Assembly: GCA_964503795.1 (NCBI GenBank)
Contig: CAZDBT010000002.1
Coordinates: 17,989 to 81,988, forward strand
Length of the DNA: 64,000 nt
Source of the DNA: an uncultured Candidatus Saccharibacteria bacterium
Lineage (GTDB): Bacteria; Patescibacteriota; Minisyncoccia; UBA6257; WO2-44-18
Direction of reading: 5' to 3'
A program made the position numbers and the translations under genes. Below, piece by piece: positions 8,556 to 19,282 of the stretch. The notes below the pieces were generated by a model. That model did not search any database and was not told the DNA's origin. It worked only from the letters and a program-made list of their open reading frames with translations. How positions within the stretch are numbered: the stretch's first letter is position 1; the number at the start of each line of letters is the position of its first letter.

Positions 8556-10862
8556 ATGAAAAAAGAAACCACGATGTTCACCAAAGTTCGCAAACGGGAT
8601 GGATCTATCGTTGAATTCGACCAGAGCCGCATCACCAGCGCTATCTTTAAGGCGTTGAGCGTTACCAAAGAGGGAAGTGAGAAGGATGCGGATCGGGTTT
8701 CCGACAAAGTTCTCAAGGCATTGAAAAAGGAGCATTCTACGAAGGATGTTCTGGATATTGAAACAATTCAGAACTACGTGGAAAGAGCTCTAGCGGTGAT
8801 GGGATTGTTTGAAACTTGCCGTGCCTACATCCTTTACCGAGAAAAGCGTGCTGAGGTCCGGGAAAAGAAGAAAGAAGTTCCCGAGCGAGTGAAAGAACTG
8901 GTCGCGCAGAGTAAGAAATTCTTTTCTGATTCGTTCAGCGAATATGTTTTTTACAGCCGATACTCCCGTTGGAAAGAAGACGAGGGGCGACGCGAGACTT
9001 GGATCGAAAGCGTTCAGCGTTACGCCGATTTTATGAAATCGAAGCTTAACGATAAACTGACCGATCAGGAGTACGCCGAAATTCAGAATGCGATTTTGAA
9101 CATGCGGGTAATGCCTTCCATGCGTCTGATGTGGAGTGCCGGCAAAGCTGCCACCGCCACCAACGTCACTGGCTACAACTGCTCATTTATCGCGATTTCG
9201 GATCTGCAGGATTTCGGGGAGATCATGTATCTCTCCATGTGCGGAACCGGCGTCGGTTTTTCGGTGGAAAGGCAAACCGTTGAAAAACTTCCGCAGATCA
9301 AAGAGCAAATCGCCGAGCCGAAAGAAAAGATCGCGATTGAGGATAGCAAAGAGGGCTGGGCGGACGCTTTTGTGGCTTGCATGAGGCATTGGTATAACGG
9401 GCGAGACGTGGAAGTTGATTATTCCAAGCTGCGTCCGGCCGGGGCCAGATTGCACACTATGGGCGGGAGAAGTTCCGGCCCGGGTCCGCTGAAGGCTCTG
9501 ATCGAGTTTGCTCGCATGAAGGTGTTGGATTGTCAGGGGTTTCGCCTTCGGCCGATCGACGTTCACGACATTACCTGCAAGATCGGTGAGATCGTGGAAA
9601 TGGGTGGCGTGCGTCGCAGCGCGATGCTTTCCCTCTCTAATCTTGATGACTTGGAAATGCGTTTGGCCAAAGATAAACGTTTCTGGGAGCGAGACGAAAA
9701 GCATCGCCATATGGCGAATAATTCCGTTGCTTACCGCGATAGGCCGACCATTCCCAAGCTCATGCGTGAGTGGGCGCAGTTAGTGGAAGGCGGGACCGGC
9801 GAACGAGGGATCTTCAATAGGGCTGGCCTTAAGAACCAGCTGCCGGAGAGGCGCTGGAAAGTTTTTGGAAGGGATGCTTCTACCAGTGGCACCAATCCCT
9901 GCGGAGAAATCGTGCTGAAGTCAAAGCAGTTCTGCAATCTGACGGAGGTGATTTGCCGCGCGGAAGATACACTGGAGACTTTGCTAGAAAAGGTCCGTCT
10001 TGCTACCATCCTTGGAACCTATCAATCCACGCTCACGTACTTCCCATATCTTTCGCCGAAATGGCAGGAGAATTGCGAGGAGGAGCGTCTGCTCGGCGTT
10101 TCGTTGACCGGCCAGTGGGATTGCCCGGTTGTGCGCGATCCGGAAGTTTTGAAGAAGCTTCGTGGACTGGCGATCGAGGTGAACAAGGAGTATGCCAAGC
10201 GTTTTGGTATCAACCAGTCTACCGCGATCACTTGCGTTAAGCCGTCGGGTACGGTGTCGCAGCTGGTTAATGCCGCCTCCGGGTTGCACACCCGTTACGC
10301 CAAGTACTACATTCGGCGCACTCGTCTTTCCGCCACCGATCCACTGTTTGAGATGCTCAAGGAACAGAAATATCCGTACGAACCCGACGTCTATCAGAGC
10401 GCGGGAGCAATGGCTAACTACGTCATATCTTTTGCCGTGAAGGCGCCAGATAACGCGATCACCCGGCATGACAAGAACGTCGTCGAGCAGTTGGACTACT
10501 GGAAGATGCTCAAGACCAACTACACCGAACACAATCCTTCCGCCACGATCTATGTGAAACCGGAGGAGTGGATTGATACTCTTCACTGGGTTCGGAAGAA
10601 CTGGGATATGATCGGCGGACTGACTTTTTACGCCGAACAGAGTATCTACGATCAGGCTCCGTATGAAGAGATCGCGGATGACGTGGTGAAGGACGAAAAG
10701 ACCGGAGAAATTAAGGTGGTGAAAACTGCCGAGCAGAAGTATCTGGAACTGAAGGCTCAACTTCCCGACATTGATTTTGCCAACATCGTTCTTTATGAAC
10801 AGGACGATGAAACGAAGGGCGCGAAGGAATTGGCCTGCGCCGGAGGAGTCTGTGAGATTTAA
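8556..10862 (+). CDS. nrdJ: Ribonucleotide reductase, class II (adenosylcobalamin-dependent) with N-terminal ATP-cone
   Basis: ATP-cone (VRKRDGSIVEFDQSRITSAIFKA), the active-site NPCGEI motif and a C-terminal Cys pair (CAGGVCEI). Length 768 aa. No NrdAB/NrdD partner genes are nearby. The class is inferred, not proven. Confidence 0.65.
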   Translation: MKKETTMFTKVRKRDGSIVEFDQSRITSAIFKALSVTKEGSEKDADRVSDKVLKALKKEHSTKDVLDIETIQNYVERALAVMGLFETCRAYILYREKRAEVREKKKEVPERVKELVAQSKKFFSDSFSEYVFYSRYSRWKEDEGRRETWIESVQRYADFMKSKLNDKLTDQEYAEIQNAILNMRVMPSMRLMWSAGKAATATNVTGYNCSFIAISDLQDFGEIMYLSMCGTGVGFSVERQTVEKLPQIKEQIAEPKEKIAIEDSKEGWADAFVACMRHWYNGRDVEVDYSKLRPAGARLHTMGGRSSGPGPLKALIEFARMKVLDCQGFRLRPIDVHDITCKIGEIVEMGGVRRSAMLSLSNLDDLEMRLAKDKRFWERDEKHRHMANNSVAYRDRPTIPKLMREWAQLVEGGTGERGIFNRAGLKNQLPERRWKVFGRDASTSGTNPCGEIVLKSKQFCNLTEVICRAEDTLETLLEKVRLATILGTYQSTLTYFPYLSPKWQENCEEERLLGVSLTGQWDCPVVRDPEVLKKLRGLAIEVNKEYAKRFGINQSTAITCVKPSGTVSQLVNAASGLHTRYAKYYIRRTRLSATDPLFEMLKEQKYPYEPDVYQSAGAMANYVISFAVKAPDNAITRHDKNVVEQLDYWKMLKTNYTEHNPSATIYVKPEEWIDTLHWVRKNWDMIGGLTFYAEQSIYDQAPYEEIADDVVKDEKTGEIKVVKTAEQKYLELKAQLPDIDFANIVLYEQDDETKGAKELACAGGVCEI

Positions 10863-10865
10863 AAT

Positions 10866-10895
10866 AGGCCGCCTTGAAAAAGGCGGCTTTTTTGT
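10866..10895 (+). terminator. Rho-independent terminator after the RNR gene
   Basis: Hairpin ggccgcctt-gaaaa-aggcggc followed by tttttt. Confidence 0.7.
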
Positions 10896-10953
10896 TGAAA
10901 AAATAGTCTCAAAAGAGTAAGCTTATCGGCGGTCCGTTGAAAAGGAGATAGAC

Positions 10954-12531
<1,578 letters not shown>

Positions 12532-12545
12532 CATTAATATTTCCA

Positions 12546-12574
12546 AGTCCCCGAAAGGGGACTTTTTTTGTTTG
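12546..12574 (+). terminator. Rho-independent terminator
   Basis: Hairpin agtcccc-gaaa-ggggact followed by ttttttt. Confidence 0.75.
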
Positions 12575-12629
12575 ATTTAAAGGAAAAAAAGATTTAGACT
12601 AGCTCTTAGTTCCTCTTAAGGAGATCGTA

Positions 12630-13697
12630 ATGTCCGACAAGGAAAAAGTAACCAAGGTTCCCATCAATCCTCTACTGGAAAGACCCGGCGACGTTTTTGA
12701 AGCAACTTTGAAGCGTGACGGTTTGATCATCGCTCCCGGGGTTTACCACGGACGAGGAGCTCGCACTGCCAGAGAACTCGGATTCAATGCCGTTTATGGC
12801 GGCGGTTGGTCGATCAGCGCGATGCTCTGGGGCGAACCCGATATGGGTCTTCACGATCGCACCGAGATCTGCCTGATCGGAAAGCATATCATCCGGAATG
12901 CCAGTCCGTTGCCCGTCATTTTTGACGCGGAAACCGGGTTCGGCGGTTCCGTATCGCTAACCAGAACCGTCCAGGAGTTTCATTATATGGGCGTTGCCCT
13001 TGCTCACCTAGAAGATCAGGATGAGAGCGCTACGCGTCGGTGCGGCAATATGGTTGGGAAGCTTTGCGTGGATCCAAAAGTGATGGTAGCAAAGATCAGA
13101 TCTTGGCTGGCTACCACTAAGGCGCTGAACAGCTCTATGCGCTTGATGGTGCGTACTGATGCTTTGACGGCATTTGAAGGTGGGATCGACAACGCGCTTG
13201 ATCGCGCTAAGCGATATATGAGCGTTGAGTCTGGTGGTCTTAGGCCGTCGGTGCTTTGGGCCGATGCCATGATCGGTCGGGAGCAAATCGAACGCTGGGT
13301 TACGGAGATGAGGAAATTTGATCCGGAGATCATTCTGGGGATCAATTATTCCCCAAATAAGGACTGGGTGAAATACTACAAGGAAAAGTACAACGATCGG
13401 CCGCCGACCTACGAAGAGCTCTACGACAACGGCAATGGCTTCAGTGTAATATGGCATACCATTCTTGCGGCTCGGGCAGACGCTGAAGCTACCTGGAACA
13501 CCTTCGCCGATATGAAGAAGAACGGAGCGGAAGCGCTCTGGAAACTCCACGAACGTCAGCGTAGTCACCCAATGGGTGATTCGCAGGCGATGAGCGGGGC
13601 CAAGGAGTGGCAGAAGTATGAAGTTGAGTTGGGTGGCGAAGAGGCCGAAAAGCGTTACGATGGATCGGAAGGGTACAAGGGCGAAGAGAAGAAATAA
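12630..13697 (+). CDS. Isocitrate lyase / PEP mutase superfamily protein (ICL-like, non-canonical active-site motif)
   Basis: DAETGFGG metal-binding motif and an (alpha/beta)8 ICL/PEPM pattern. The catalytic loop reads RRCGNM instead of the canonical K[KR]CGH. SD TAAGGAGA upstream. Confidence 0.6.
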   Translation: MSDKEKVTKVPINPLLERPGDVFEATLKRDGLIIAPGVYHGRGARTARELGFNAVYGGGWSISAMLWGEPDMGLHDRTEICLIGKHIIRNASPLPVIFDAETGFGGSVSLTRTVQEFHYMGVALAHLEDQDESATRRCGNMVGKLCVDPKVMVAKIRSWLATTKALNSSMRLMVRTDALTAFEGGIDNALDRAKRYMSVESGGLRPSVLWADAMIGREQIERWVTEMRKFDPEIILGINYSPNKDWVKYYKEKYNDRPPTYEELYDNGNGFSVIWHTILAARADAEATWNTFADMKKNGAEALWKLHERQRSHPMGDSQAMSGAKEWQKYEVELGGEEAEKRYDGSEGYKGEEKK

Positions 13698-13699
13698 AA

Positions 13700-13731
13700 C
13701 AAAGCCGCCCCCAGTTGGGGCGGCTTTTTTA
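13700..13731. terminator. Bidirectional rho-independent terminator
   Basis: Hairpin aaagccgcccc-cagtt-ggggcggcttt with A and T runs on both sides. It sits between convergent genes. Confidence 0.75.
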
Positions 13732-13733
13732 TC

Positions 13734-14462
13734 CTAGAATTCTTCTCGGGGTTGGGATTTCTTGATGATCGCCATTGCTTCTTCCGCGGTGTCAACGATC
13801 GTGTAGAGTTCCAGATCTTCGGCGTCGATCGTTTTATGCTGGAGAAGGAGTTTTTCGCGCATCCACTTGTCCACATCTCCCCAAAACTCTTTTCCTACCA
13901 GAATTATCGGGATCTTGTCATAGATCTTTTTGGTTTGCACCAGGGTCAGGATCTCGAAAAGTTCGTCCAGAGTTCCGAATCCACCCGGGAAGTAAACATA
14001 GGCCTGGGAAGCAAAAGAAAGCATTACTTTTCTGGTGAAGAAATAATAAAAGCCGTGGCCTTGAGTTACAAATTCGTTGATGCGTTGTTCGAAGGGGAGT
14101 TGGATGTTGATACCGATGGAGTCGCCCTTGCCCTCATAGGCGCCGCGGTTACCGGCCTCCATTATGCCCGGTCCGCCGCCGGTAATTACGCCAAATTTGG
14201 CCTTAGCGAGCATTTTGCCGAGTTTACGAGCCACTTCATACCAATGATTGCCCTCATTGAGACGAGCAGAGCCAAAAAAGGTAACCGTCCTCTTCAGATC
14301 GGCTAGGAATTGAAAGCCGTCAACGAATTCCGCCATGATGCGAAAAATTCTCCAGTGGAAAGAATGGCGCCAATCTTTCGGATGGATGTGGATCGGAAGT
14401 TCCTTTGCCGGGACTAGAATTTTCTTCTCTGCTTTATGATGACCATCTTGTTTGTTGTTCAT
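13734..14462 (-). CDS. LOG family protein (cytokinin riboside 5'-monophosphate phosphoribohydrolase-like, TIGR00730)
   Basis: GGGPGIMEA and GGFGTLDELFE motifs. Confidence 0.8.
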   Translation of the reverse strand: MNNKQDGHHKAEKKILVPAKELPIHIHPKDWRHSFHWRIFRIMAEFVDGFQFLADLKRTVTFFGSARLNEGNHWYEVARKLGKMLAKAKFGVITGGGPGIMEAGNRGAYEGKGDSIGINIQLPFEQRINEFVTQGHGFYYFFTRKVMLSFASQAYVYFPGGFGTLDELFEILTLVQTKKIYDKIPIILVGKEFWGDVDKWMREKLLLQHKTIDAEDLELYTIVDTAEEAMAIIKKSQPREEF

Positions 14463-14465
14463 AGG

Positions 14466-14510
14466 TTTTATTTTAACACAAAACCCGCCCCGTATCGCGG
14501 GGCGGGTTGA
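14466..14510 (-). terminator. Rho-independent terminator for the gene ending at 14519
   Basis: Hairpin cccgccccg-tatc-gcggggcggg. On the minus strand it is followed by ttttgtgttaaaataaaa. Confidence 0.65.
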
Positions 14511-14518
14511 GCTGGGGA

Positions 14519-14992
14519 CTATTTCTTTACGGGGACAGGTCGATAGAGTTCTTTGTCTATCTTACGATCAAAACAGACCTGCCCGGCATCGTGCTGCCAA
14601 TTTTCTTGGCCATAAGGCACAGAATAAGAAGCGGGCATAGCCGGCACCGGCTTCCCTAGAACACTGGGAGAGTTCAAGCTGGGTTTAGCGAATAAAGCGC
14701 AAAGCTGAAAACTTTCCGGGCCGGTGACGGTATAGGTGTAGGCGACTCCGGTGGTCGGATCTTTTGGAATAGTAACGCCTCGGATGCTGTCGTTCAGCTC
14801 CGAAAGCATCTTTGGTAGCCTCGCCTTATTGATCCAAAAATTAAGGATCTCCGATTGGATCATCTGCAGGTCGGAGATCCGCTGACCGTCCTGCTGCAGG
14901 AGTCGGGCGTAGTTCGGCGAACCAACGATGAAGAATCCGGCAATAATTGAGGCGGTTACGACGGCGATGATAGTGTAAGCGTAATATTTCAT
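14519..14992 (-). CDS. Hypothetical N-terminally membrane-anchored protein
   Basis: One N-terminal TM helix and no recognisable motif. Confidence 0.35.
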   Translation of the reverse strand: MKYYAYTIIAVVTASIIAGFFIVGSPNYARLLQQDGQRISDLQMIQSEILNFWINKARLPKMLSELNDSIRGVTIPKDPTTGVAYTYTVTGPESFQLCALFAKPSLNSPSVLGKPVPAMPASYSVPYGQENWQHDAGQVCFDRKIDKELYRPVPVKK

Positions 14993-15005
14993 ATGTTTAT
15001 GTTCG

Positions 15006-15482
15006 TTAGTCGGTTTTATGATGCCTTAGTTCCCAAAGGTAATAGTAGAAAACATTTCCGGCGACAAAGAATACCGATAGAACTTTCAGCAGGAACCGAA
15101 GAGTCAGTTCGCCGTTCAGAAGGTTATTTATCAAAGTCACCAGATCCCCGATGATGATCAAAGAAGCGGCAAACAGGGTGAAGTAGACCAGCCATTTACG
15201 GATCCAGAGCTTTCGTTTGGCGGGAGTTTTGGTGTAGTTTTTGTTGAGAAACCAGACGCTGAAGATATAAACCGGAAAAACGATTATCAGGGAAGAGATA
15301 GACCAGCGGATGGCGGTCATTGCCGATTGGAAAGAATAATAATCGTTACCGGCTACCGCGTCTGGCAGTAAAACGTTGATATATTGAAAAATCAGTACCA
15401 AAAAAGCGATGCCGCTGGTGTACAAAGCGATGATTGAGAGCAGATGCAGGAAAACGTCTTTGGGCGAGGTTTTTGTTTCCAT
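15006..15482 (-). CDS. Hypothetical membrane protein (4 TM)
   Basis: Four hydrophobic helices, no motif. Confidence 0.35.
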   Translation of the reverse strand: METKTSPKDVFLHLLSIIALYTSGIAFLVLIFQYINVLLPDAVAGNDYYSFQSAMTAIRWSISSLIIVFPVYIFSVWFLNKNYTKTPAKRKLWIRKWLVYFTLFAASLIIIGDLVTLINNLLNGELTLRFLLKVLSVFFVAGNVFYYYLWELRHHKTD

Positions 15483-15512
15483 TCCCTACACTATAACACA
15501 AAACCAGGAAAA

Positions 15513-15971
15513 TTACAGGGTCTTTTTCTTAAAATGCCAAGGTTTGAGTTGGCTGGCGATTCCCATAGCTAGAGCAATGATCACTAAATTCTTGATCATA
15601 TATTGACCTTCTAAGGTCGGAACAGGAAAGGGATTCCAGGCGATCTGCGGAAGTAGGAATAACGGCATGACCGTGGTGATCATATGGGGAACCAGCAACA
15701 GGATCGCCAGCCGTTCCAGATGCGGGATAACGAAAGTTATTCCGATCAGCATCTCAACGATCCCCAGACCGATAATGAATTCATGAAATCCGATGAAGGG
15801 CAGAGTTTTGTGAAGCAGATCTTCAACAAGCGGGTTGGCCGGGCTGGCGTCAAAGAGTTTTAAGATGCCAAATCCAAAAAAGACCACAAAAAGGGCGAAG
15901 CGGGAAAAAGCCGGGAAGATCGCCCTGATCTTGGAAATTATTTGCTGATCAATTCTTTCTAATAGCTCCAT
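15513..15971 (-). CDS. Hypothetical membrane protein (DoxX/YkgB-like topology)
   Basis: 152 aa with 4 predicted TM helices. Assigned by weak resemblance only. Confidence 0.35.
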   Translation of the reverse strand: MELLERIDQQIISKIRAIFPAFSRFALFVVFFGFGILKLFDASPANPLVEDLLHKTLPFIGFHEFIIGLGIVEMLIGITFVIPHLERLAILLLVPHMITTVMPLFLLPQIAWNPFPVPTLEGQYMIKNLVIIALAMGIASQLKPWHFKKKTL

Positions 15972-15972
15972 A

Positions 15973-17601
15973 TTATTTTTTTGCTAAGTGCCCCATAGAA
16001 TATTGTATACTGGCTCCGACTTTTTTGCCCGGATTGAAGATATTATTTGGATCAAAGATCTTTTTGGTTTTTTCAAATAAGGCATACACTTTCTTACCGT
16101 ACATCTGTTCCAAAAATGGAGTGCGGATGAGGCCGTCGTTATGTTCGCCGCTCATCGAGCCGTGAAATTCAAAGACCAGCTTATAAACTTTTTGGGAAAG
16201 CTCCGGAATGATCTTTCTGGATTCCGGATCAGCCAGATTCATCAGAGGAATAATATGGAAATTGCCGTCGCCAACATGGCCGGCAACCGTATAGTCCAGT
16301 TTGTATTCGCTCATAATGGCATTTAATTTCGGAAGGAAATCCGGCAACTGGTCCGGGCGGACGGTCATATCGTCAATGAATGGGGCGGTATGCTTGTCTT
16401 TGATATGATGGCGCAGCAAGTTGAAGCTTTCGCGGCGGATCACCCAGTATTTTTTGGATTCCTGGTCATTATGGGTTATACGAGATCGGACTTTGAATTC
16501 TTTTATCGCCATTTGGGCATTTAAGACGCGCTGTCCCACTTCTGCCTCTGAATCGCCGGCGAATTCGGCGATCAAGATCAGTTTGGGAATACCGCCGGTG
16601 AGCGCGGTCCAGAATTCCGGAAGAAATTGCCAAGCGAGCGACAGGGGATTGGTTTTGAGCAGTTTCAGGAATTCCGGCAGGTAGCGTATCGCCAGTTTTA
16701 AGGTGTTGTCGTCGTAGGATTCAAAGCTTTCCGGTTTAAAGGCCAGTACGGCGCCAATGATCCTGGCAAGCGGCGCCAGGTCTTTGAGAAAGATCGCGAG
16801 CATTTTCGTGTGGGCTTTTGGCTTAATCAGGCGGAATTTAATTTCCGTCGTTATTCCCAGCGTGCCCTGCGAGCCGACGAAGAGCTTGGTCAGATCGAAA
16901 GTTTTTTTGTCCCAGACGTTCCAAAGGTAGTAGCCGGAGGAGTTTTTAGAAACTTTTGGCTTGGCGGCTTGCAAGAGCTCATAATTTTTATTCACTAGCT
17001 CAAAGATCTGTTTATATAGTTTTCCCTCAAAGGACTTTGACGCCAGTTTCTTTTTCAGCTCCGCGCCGGCAAGCGGTTCGATGACATACTCATTACCGTC
17101 CCGCAGAACCACTTTCAACCTTTCGACATACCTTTCCGTTTTTCCGTATACCAGACTTTTTTCTCCTCCGGCATTATTGCCAACCATTCCGCCAACGGTG
17201 CAAATTTCCCGAGAGGCCGGGTAGGAAGGCATCAGCCAGCCTTTGGCTAGGGTGGCTTTTTCAAAATCGCGGTAAAAAACACCCGGCTCGGTGATAGCGT
17301 AGCCATTGCCGACTTCTTTTATTTGATCGAGATGCCGGTTGATGTCCACTACTATTGATTCGGTCAACGGACCGCCGGTCATGCAGGTGCCGCCGGATCG
17401 GGGAGTGAGGGAGAGCTTAGCTTTCTTGTTCTTTGCCACAAACTTCACCAAATTCTTAATATCTCCGGCATCTTTTGGCGCGGTCACTATTGCCGGTTTT
17501 ACTACGAACAAACTGGCGTCGCGGCTGTATTTTTCGATCGTGGCGCTGTCATCCAAAACCTCGCCCTTCAAGAAAGATTGAATTTCTTTTTTTAGATCCA
17601 C
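15973..17601 (-). CDS. FAD-linked oxidase (GlcD / D-lactate dehydrogenase family)
   Basis: FAD-binding PCMH domain (P.SEEV..IV, R(G)GGT.MTGG-like TPRSGGTCMTGG) and C-terminal oxidase domain. Start set at GTG 17601 (MDLKKEIQSFLKGEVLDD), which gives the canonical N-terminus. The extension to 17781 overlaps the upstream gene and is unlike this family. Confidence 0.7.
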   Translation of the reverse strand: MDLKKEIQSFLKGEVLDDSATIEKYSRDASLFVVKPAIVTAPKDAGDIKNLVKFVAKNKKAKLSLTPRSGGTCMTGGPLTESIVVDINRHLDQIKEVGNGYAITEPGVFYRDFEKATLAKGWLMPSYPASREICTVGGMVGNNAGGEKSLVYGKTERYVERLKVVLRDGNEYVIEPLAGAELKKKLASKSFEGKLYKQIFELVNKNYELLQAAKPKVSKNSSGYYLWNVWDKKTFDLTKLFVGSQGTLGITTEIKFRLIKPKAHTKMLAIFLKDLAPLARIIGAVLAFKPESFESYDDNTLKLAIRYLPEFLKLLKTNPLSLAWQFLPEFWTALTGGIPKLILIAEFAGDSEAEVGQRVLNAQMAIKEFKVRSRITHNDQESKKYWVIRRESFNLLRHHIKDKHTAPFIDDMTVRPDQLPDFLPKLNAIMSEYKLDYTVAGHVGDGNFHIIPLMNLADPESRKIIPELSQKVYKLVFEFHGSMSGEHNDGLIRTPFLEQMYGKKVYALFEKTKKIFDPNNIFNPGKKVGASIQYSMGHLAKK

Positions 17602-17630
17602 GAACTTAATTATAGCATCTCCCGCCGTGC

Positions 17631-18059
17631 TTATCGGAACCGAATGGGTATGCGGAATTCGTCGTCGTGTTCGGGTAATCCGGAAGGATTGTCTTTCGCC
17701 AGCACCAGGAAGCCGGTGTCGGTGGTCGGAGCGATAAATTCCAGCTTCACAGAAAATGGGACAAAGTCGGTCGTCATCCAATCACTTAGGGCTTGGGCTG
17801 GTTTAGCGGCCAATACTTTATTATTCGCGTCCAGGATCCGGACCGGGAAGGATGCCTCAAAATACCAATTACCCCGGGCTTCACCGGTAATAATTATCGG
17901 ACTTTTGATGACTTGGCCGGTAGTGGGACTGGTGACGTGGATCAGGTCTCCTTTTTCCGATACGCCTTTTGGCGCGCTGGTTTTAGGAATTAATAAAAAA
18001 CTGATCAACGCGATAGCCAGGATCGCTAACACAGCCAATAAGAGCCAGTATTTTTTCAT
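17631..18059 (-). CDS. Secreted Gmad2-like immunoglobulin-fold domain protein (putative)
   Basis: Signal/TM anchor followed by a ~110-aa beta-rich domain. Pattern recognition only. Confidence 0.4.
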   Translation of the reverse strand: MKKYWLLLAVLAILAIALISFLLIPKTSAPKGVSEKGDLIHVTSPTTGQVIKSPIIITGEARGNWYFEASFPVRILDANNKVLAAKPAQALSDWMTTDFVPFSVKLEFIAPTTDTGFLVLAKDNPSGLPEHDDEFRIPIRFR

Positions 18060-18063
18060 AGAT

Positions 18064-18100
18064 TGATTCTAACAAAAGATCGCCGGTAAGGCGATCTTTT
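18064..18100 (-). terminator. Rho-independent terminator for the cupredoxin gene
   Basis: Hairpin aaaagatcgcc-ggtaa-ggcgatctttt. Confidence 0.65.
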
Positions 18101-18104
18101 GATG

Positions 18105-18590
18105 CTATTGCGAGACGACGATCTCGCCTTTCATGTTCGGATGCAGGGTACAGTGATAGGGATAAGTGCCTGGTTTATTAAAAATATATTCAAAGCTTTT
18201 GCCTTGACTTAATATATTGCTGGTAAATATCCCGGTGTCGCTGGTGACCGTGTGTCCGGCGGTGTCAAAATTGGTCCAAGTGATCTTGGTGCCAACTTTT
18301 ACCGGGGTGGTCGCGGAAACGAAAGCAAAACCCCGGATAGAAACCAAAATATTAGATGTGAATGCTTGGGTAGTCGGCGCCGGAGGGGGCGTGGTCTGGT
18401 GGGAGGTGGCGGGAGCCGGTCCGCCGGCTGGCGGAGGCGCAACCGATTTAGAAGTGACCGGAGCCGGAGCGGTTTTGGGGGCGACGATGGGTTGATAAAT
18501 CCAATGATAAAGAGCGGCGGCGATGCCGGCCAAGATCAAGATCGCGCCGATAATATTTTTATGTCCGGAAGGTTCGGTTGGGGAATCCAT
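18105..18590 (-). CDS. Membrane-anchored cupredoxin (plastocyanin/amicyanin-like blue copper protein)
   Basis: N-terminal TM, Pro/Ala/Thr-rich linker, then a cupredoxin domain with the H...C-x2-H-x2-M ligand set (YHCTLHPNMKGEIVV). Confidence 0.65.
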   Translation of the reverse strand: MDSPTEPSGHKNIIGAILILAGIAAALYHWIYQPIVAPKTAPAPVTSKSVAPPPAGGPAPATSHQTTPPPAPTTQAFTSNILVSIRGFAFVSATTPVKVGTKITWTNFDTAGHTVTSDTGIFTSNILSQGKSFEYIFNKPGTYPYHCTLHPNMKGEIVVSQ

Positions 18591-18604
18591 AATACTTTAC
18601 ATTA

Positions 18605-18633
18605 ATTATAATAAATGACGTCCTTACGTTCAA
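18605..18633 (-). promoter_or_regulatory. Sigma70-type promoter TTGAAC-17-TATAAT driving the cupredoxin gene
   Basis: On the minus strand the sequence reads TTGAACgtaaggacgtcatttatTATAAT. The -10 lies 14 nt before the ATG, with no SD (near-leaderless). Confidence 0.55.
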
Positions 18634-18674
18634 CTACAGTTGTCCACAAACCCCGCCGCCGGCGGGGCGAACTC

Positions 18675-19265
18675 CTAAAGCAGTAAAGGCAAAAGTTTCT
18701 CCAGGGCTTGTTTACGGTGGCCGATCCTCGCCTCTTCATTCATGGTCATTTCGCCCAGCACCTTTCCAAGCTGCGGCACAAAGAACATTGAACGATACGG
18801 GAAGCCGGTGATCACGGTTTCGATCGGTTTGTCGGTGATAAAGCCGCGCATGACACCTTCGGCGATGGCCACCTCTTTGGCGGGAATTTTTAGCGCCATT
18901 ACTACGCGGAATTGAGCGCCGCGTTTTTCTTTCGGCACGCCCTGCATTTTTTCAGTGATCAATTTCACTAATTCATCGTCGGTCGCGCGATGACCGGGCC
19001 AGCGGCGGGACTTAACGCCCGGTTCGCCATTCAGATAATCTATCTCCAGGCCGGAATCTTCGGCGATGGTCGGGAAATCTACGAATTTAGAATAGAACTC
19101 CACTTTCAGTTTCGCGTTCTCTTCAAAAGTTGGAGCATCTTCCGGGGCTTCCTGGGTAATACCCAGATCTTGGAGTGTTACGACCTCGATCGGCAGATCT
19201 TTCAGGAGTTCTTTATATTCCAGGACTTTCCCGGGATTTTGGGTGGCGACTAAAAGTTTTTTCAT
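18675..19265 (-). CDS. rdgB: Non-canonical purine NTP pyrophosphatase (RdgB/Ham1, dITP/XTPase)
   Basis: Begins LVATQNPGK with a Ham1 fold. Length ~196 aa. Confidence 0.85.
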   Translation of the reverse strand: MKKLLVATQNPGKVLEYKELLKDLPIEVVTLQDLGITQEAPEDAPTFEENAKLKVEFYSKFVDFPTIAEDSGLEIDYLNGEPGVKSRRWPGHRATDDELVKLITEKMQGVPKEKRGAQFRVVMALKIPAKEVAIAEGVMRGFITDKPIETVITGFPYRSMFFVPQLGKVLGEMTMNEEARIGHRKQALEKLLPLLL

Positions 19266-19282
19266 TGCTTAAATTATACCAG

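Noticed and set aside
9183-10760. Minus-strand ORFs of 175-258 aa inside the RNR gene
   Set aside because: They are antisense to a confidently assigned CDS and have no motifs.
12547-12563. Near-identical terminator hairpins agtccccg(a/c)aaggggact at 12547 and 40419, read as a possible mobile repeat
   Set aside because: Short GC hairpins of this kind recur as terminators. At 17 nt it is too short to argue for a mobile element.
15973-17781. 602-aa version of the FAD oxidase with an N-terminal extension
   Set aside because: The extension overlaps the upstream gene by 150 nt and is unlike the family. A GTG at 17601 gives the canonical GlcD-type N-terminus.
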